Of a DNA stretch of 10,839 bases, positions 8,401 to 10,839 are shown one piece after another. The number at the start of each line of letters is the position of its first letter. Position 1 is the stretch's first letter. The notes beneath the pieces were generated by a model. It saw nothing but the letters and a program-made list of their open reading frames with translations, did not search any database and was not told where the DNA came from. The position numbers and the translations under genes are program-made. Origin of the DNA: a bacterium (GTDB lineage Bacteria > BMS3Abin14); the NCBI GenBank assembly GCA_020349685.1, contig CP070698.1:1991014-2001852 (forward strand). The letters run 5' to 3'.

Positions 8401-9319
8401 CAAATTCTCAGGGGGAAAGGGTTTCTTGAGGGGGATCCTCAACATGGACAGGGGTACCTATAACCGTGAGATCGACCTGGACAACCTCATCGCCCTCATA
8501 GGGGAAAGCCGCGCGCTCAAGGATGAAATTCCAAGTGGCGAAACGGAAAAAACGGAAGGGGGCTGGCTTAACCTGGATGTCGAGATGGTGACCGCCTCGC
8601 CCATCGTGGTGAACATGAAGCTGATCCGGGGGGAGGCATCCGGAAACCTCCACCTGAGGGGGACGGCGGCGGCCCCTGTGTTAACGGGGCGGCTTGAAAT
8701 GACCCAGGGTACGATAGAGTACAGAGGGCACGCATTTGAGGTAACAGGTGGCACCGTGGCCTTTATCAATCCCAAGCAGATCGAACCGAACTTTGATTTT
8801 TCAGGCAGAACGGAGGTAACAGGCTTCGACAGGGAAGGGGTCGTCACCGATTACACGGTGGAACTCATTGCCAGCGGGGTCCCTGAAAAATTCGAACTGG
8901 ATCTCGTTTCATCTCCGGTTTTAAGCGAGGCCGATATTGTCGCGCTTCTGACATGGGGAGCCGTGGGAGAACAGGCCTTCGCCTCGGGAGCGGGATTGTC
9001 AGCCGCCGAAGCCACCCTTCTGTTAACGCGTGAACTGAAGGGAAAACTGGAGACGGAAGTTGAGAAGGTCACAGGTTTCGACCGGTTCACCATCAACCCT
9101 TCCGCAGTTTCATCGAGCGGCGAACGTACGGCGAGGATCCAGATAGACAAGAAGCTTAGCGATAAATTCTATCTTACCTATTCCACACCCGTTCTCGCCA
9201 GTGAGGAACAGGAAGTCCTGGTCAAATACAGGATCACGAAGTCCCTTTCCCTGGTCGGTGAGCAGCTCGGTGAAAGGGATTACGGCCTGGACCTGGATTT
9301 CCAGTTTGAAATACAGTGA
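5417..9319 (+). CDS. tamB: Translocation and assembly module subunit TamB (AsmA-like, C-terminal DUF490-type region)
   Basis: 1300 aa with an N-terminal hydrophobic anchor and Gly-rich amphipathic beta-strands throughout. Has recurrent GxxxxPxxxG motifs (GDLSTPSFRG, GSLSEPILNG, GTAAAPVLTG) and SSPVLSEADIVALL. It ends in the beta-signal-like LDFQFEIQ and sits next to an Omp85-type gene. The TTG start is somewhat uncertain. Confidence 0.88.
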   Translation: MKRRILAFFIVLVLAGFTVGMKIASSPALDRWLKDTIVQQARKHLGVQLELGQLERNITLTSITLTDVTLKDLRGTGDSLSVSRLAVTIDPYAFFRGKILVRDLKLEGMFLNVVRGEDGTISVEPLFPFWQTREGPRKKAAKIGFEIGDVAFLDVDLSYRDRPAGVNLELDDVVIFLVRKRYDPPDKRTISIGAKTGNLGWKVFPEGRTVAIDTLSGQFSINPDELRVSKLAIHTGPLSLQLSGSLPFRRGSILNGDLKVDMDIGKLPWLIAGSEGLVSLTGNVGGDLSTPSFRGQLNARDLGLAGRKMDGVNADVFLDSKGCSLRDGKISYKGEQLLTEIDLSFKRNLPFTARVRVQEYQLGKLLEEIGARTELAKGLINADLTLKGLLSGGSADISMEGSLQIPVRKDALRTLEFDLSGRYQGGGLQDLLLEARTGGMRLDMAGSLSAAGPRLTLALADENLENWREIPGLEEFGGSLVLNGVLKGSWEDPTANLDVEFLKPSWSRFRGDLVQAHLDVDRSGLNLPMLTVKKGAFTASGRASLPFRGDSRQGWVSVSVNRGPVEDLLEAADLDLEIRGDINGNLYAFSTAEGWKAEGTLSLLSGRILQEPFDEINIEADIEEGLLTLHNLTILKGGSRLEGSGSMAGDEFQMKIQTREPVRVEEVQYLGIIKVPLAGQLSLSGVVSGKRDGSGLRARAELEWDQLNYEGRSWGSGKGTFLFRGPELEAKADLLDGKLSATAKVTLRSALPFSGKIFTPATIDRVGLNNFLGLGIPGEIFSGKMAVDASASGLLTDVRKTQVEGIISDADFTINGIQFNSVDRVPFNYYPETGIRFTKLPLRSGGSVINGNLRIAPDAGIEGALDGSIDLEGLAFLEPTVDTFSGQAMTQLKVTGSLSEPILNGSIELDGTECVAHLPFDLPISDVEGKLEIVGNRLHIGEIRGRPEGGRLWMSGELFMSRFKPYQGSLQWKAEAVPISFPEGLETVNRADLGLKFSGGKGFLRGILNMDRGTYNREIDLDNLIALIGESRALKDEIPSGETEKTEGGWLNLDVEMVTASPIVVNMKLIRGEASGNLHLRGTAAAPVLTGRLEMTQGTIEYRGHAFEVTGGTVAFINPKQIEPNFDFSGRTEVTGFDREGVVTDYTVELIASGVPEKFELDLVSSPVLSEADIVALLTWGAVGEQAFASGAGLSAAEATLLLTRELKGKLETEVEKVTGFDRFTINPSAVSSSGERTARIQIDKKLSDKFYLTYSTPVLASEEQEVLVKYRITKSLSLVGEQLGERDYGLDLDFQFEIQ

Positions 9320-10839
9320 TGCGTTCTCTTTTCCGGATCATAGCCACGCTGGTTATCCTCCAGCTGCCTGCAGCCCCCACAAGGGCAGATGAACCGCTCA
9401 TTGTCCGGTCGGCCGGCAAAACGGTTCTTGGCCTGGAAGTGGAGGGAGCCCGGATTCAGCCCGGGGAGCGGGCGGTCCTGATCCCCTTTGCGGAAGGGTC
9501 TGCATTGAGACCGGAGCTTGTCAGGCAAGGGATGATCAATATCTACGGAACCGGGTTGTACGATAAGGTAGAGGTTTTCCTCAAGGAATCTCCCGGGGGG
9601 GTCATAGTAAGATATGTGCTCGAGTCCAAAAGATGGCTAGATGAGATCGAATTTAGAGGCAACCTCTATCTCGATGACCGGGAGCTTCTGAGCAGGGTGA
9701 ACCTGAGGAGCAGCGAGGAGCTGACAGAGGAGAAGCTGGCCGGCAATGTGGACCGGCTGATGGAATACTACGGATACCGGGGATTCGTCGGCACCGAGGT
9801 CACCTATAGCTTTGAATCTGATGAAGACAACAAGACATCGCTTTTCTTTTCCATCAAGGAAGGCAGAAGGCTCATGATATCCGATGTCAGGATCCGGGGA
9901 GATGCCGGCCTGTCGCGCACGAGGCTGCTTTCCATCATAACCTCCATGCCGGGCAGCAGGCTAGACGGAGAAAATCTTGATTCAGACGTGAAGAGGATCC
10001 GCGAACACCTGCGCGACCGGATGTATCTGACTCCCGGCCTCGATTATACGGTCCAGTCGGACCACAGGTTTCCCGATGCCTTCATTGTGAACTTCAACAT
10101 CCACAAGGGTGATCTTTTCGATCTGCAGGTCCTGATGGAGGATGATAAGGAGGCTCGCAATGTCCTCAGGAAAATGCGTTCCGTTTTCCTCGGTTCCCTT
10201 TCCCCGGAGAAGGCCAAACTGGCCATTCAAAAAGAGATCCTGGATCAATATCGCAAGGAAGGTTATGCCTTTACATCGGTTAACCTGGACGATCGCGTTG
10301 ATCAGGAGGGTGTCCGGTCCATCACCCTCGGTGTGGACAGGGGGATGAAAGCCACGATCGGCGAGCTGCGCGTCGAGGATGTCCAGTTCTTCTCCCGGGA
10401 AAAGGTGGAAAGTGTACTGGGTCTCGCTGCGGGAGATCCCTATGTCAAGGAGGCGATGGATGAGGGGATAGCGGATCTCGTGGGGGAGTATCGCAAAGAG
10501 GGTTTCCTGTCCAACGAGATCAAAAGGCACGCGCTGAATTTTATCCCGCGGGACGGCCACCAGGAGGTGGTGATCCACCTGACGGTCAAGGAAGGACCCA
10601 GAAATATCATCAGCAACGTGGAGGTTTCGGGAAGCCCGATCCAGGAAAAGCGGACGTGGGAGCTTATCGGTGTCAGACAGGGTGCTCCCTACGATCCCGA
10701 ACGGGTCAACAAGGGCAGGGACAACCTGCTCCAGGAACTCGGACGAACAGGATACCTTTACGCCTCCGTTACGATCCCGGAACCGGTTGTCAACCCTGAC
10801 GCTACCGTTGATCTGGTGATCAGTGTGGCACCGGGTCCC
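9319..10839 (+). CDS. Omp85-family outer membrane assembly factor (BamA/TamA-like), POTRA region, 3'-truncated
   Basis: Not in the ORF track. The ATG at 9319 overlaps the tamB stop (TGATG) and the frame stays open for 507 codons. It begins with signal peptide MRSLFRIIATLVILQLPAAPTRA-DEP, followed by POTRA signatures such as IEFRGN...YYGYRGF...SIKEG, QYRKEGY, EYRKEGF...TVKEGP and GRTGY...SVAPGP. The barrel is not visible in the window. Confidence 0.88.
   Translation, partial: MRSLFRIIATLVILQLPAAPTRADEPLIVRSAGKTVLGLEVEGARIQPGERAVLIPFAEGSALRPELVRQGMINIYGTGLYDKVEVFLKESPGGVIVRYVLESKRWLDEIEFRGNLYLDDRELLSRVNLRSSEELTEEKLAGNVDRLMEYYGYRGFVGTEVTYSFESDEDNKTSLFFSIKEGRRLMISDVRIRGDAGLSRTRLLSIITSMPGSRLDGENLDSDVKRIREHLRDRMYLTPGLDYTVQSDHRFPDAFIVNFNIHKGDLFDLQVLMEDDKEARNVLRKMRSVFLGSLSPEKAKLAIQKEILDQYRKEGYAFTSVNLDDRVDQEGVRSITLGVDRGMKATIGELRVEDVQFFSREKVESVLGLAAGDPYVKEAMDEGIADLVGEYRKEGFLSNEIKRHALNFIPRDGHQEVVIHLTVKEGPRNIISNVEVSGSPIQEKRTWELIGVRQGAPYDPERVNKGRDNLLQELGRTGYLYASVTIPEPVVNPDATVDLVISVAPGP

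Noticed and set aside
5513-10578. Long minus-strand ORFs (5513-6118, 6700-7239, 7478-8233, 9982-10578 and others)
   Set aside because: They are antisense shadows of tamB and the Omp85 gene, expected at this GC content, and show no domain signatures.

Overview
A bacterial housekeeping/envelope region with moderately high GC. It holds eight co-oriented + strand genes: murJ (5'-truncated), ogt, dtd, an MBL-fold glyoxalase-II-like hydrolase, coaBC, a family-4 [4Fe-4S] uracil-DNA glycosylase, tamB, and a 3'-truncated Omp85 (BamA/TamA-like) gene. The Omp85 gene is missing from the ORF track and carries at least six POTRA-like repeats. I found no transposase, RNA gene or CRISPR array. The unexplained signal is in the three long spacers, each built from short-period degenerate tandem repeats: an 8-nt-period imperfect hairpin (1449-1549), a perfect 16-bp inverted repeat across the dtd stop followed by 7-nt repeats (2451-2593), and a 158-bp MITE/REP-like element with 9-10-nt-period inverted arms (4525-4682). 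All alignments were done by eye and no database search was run.
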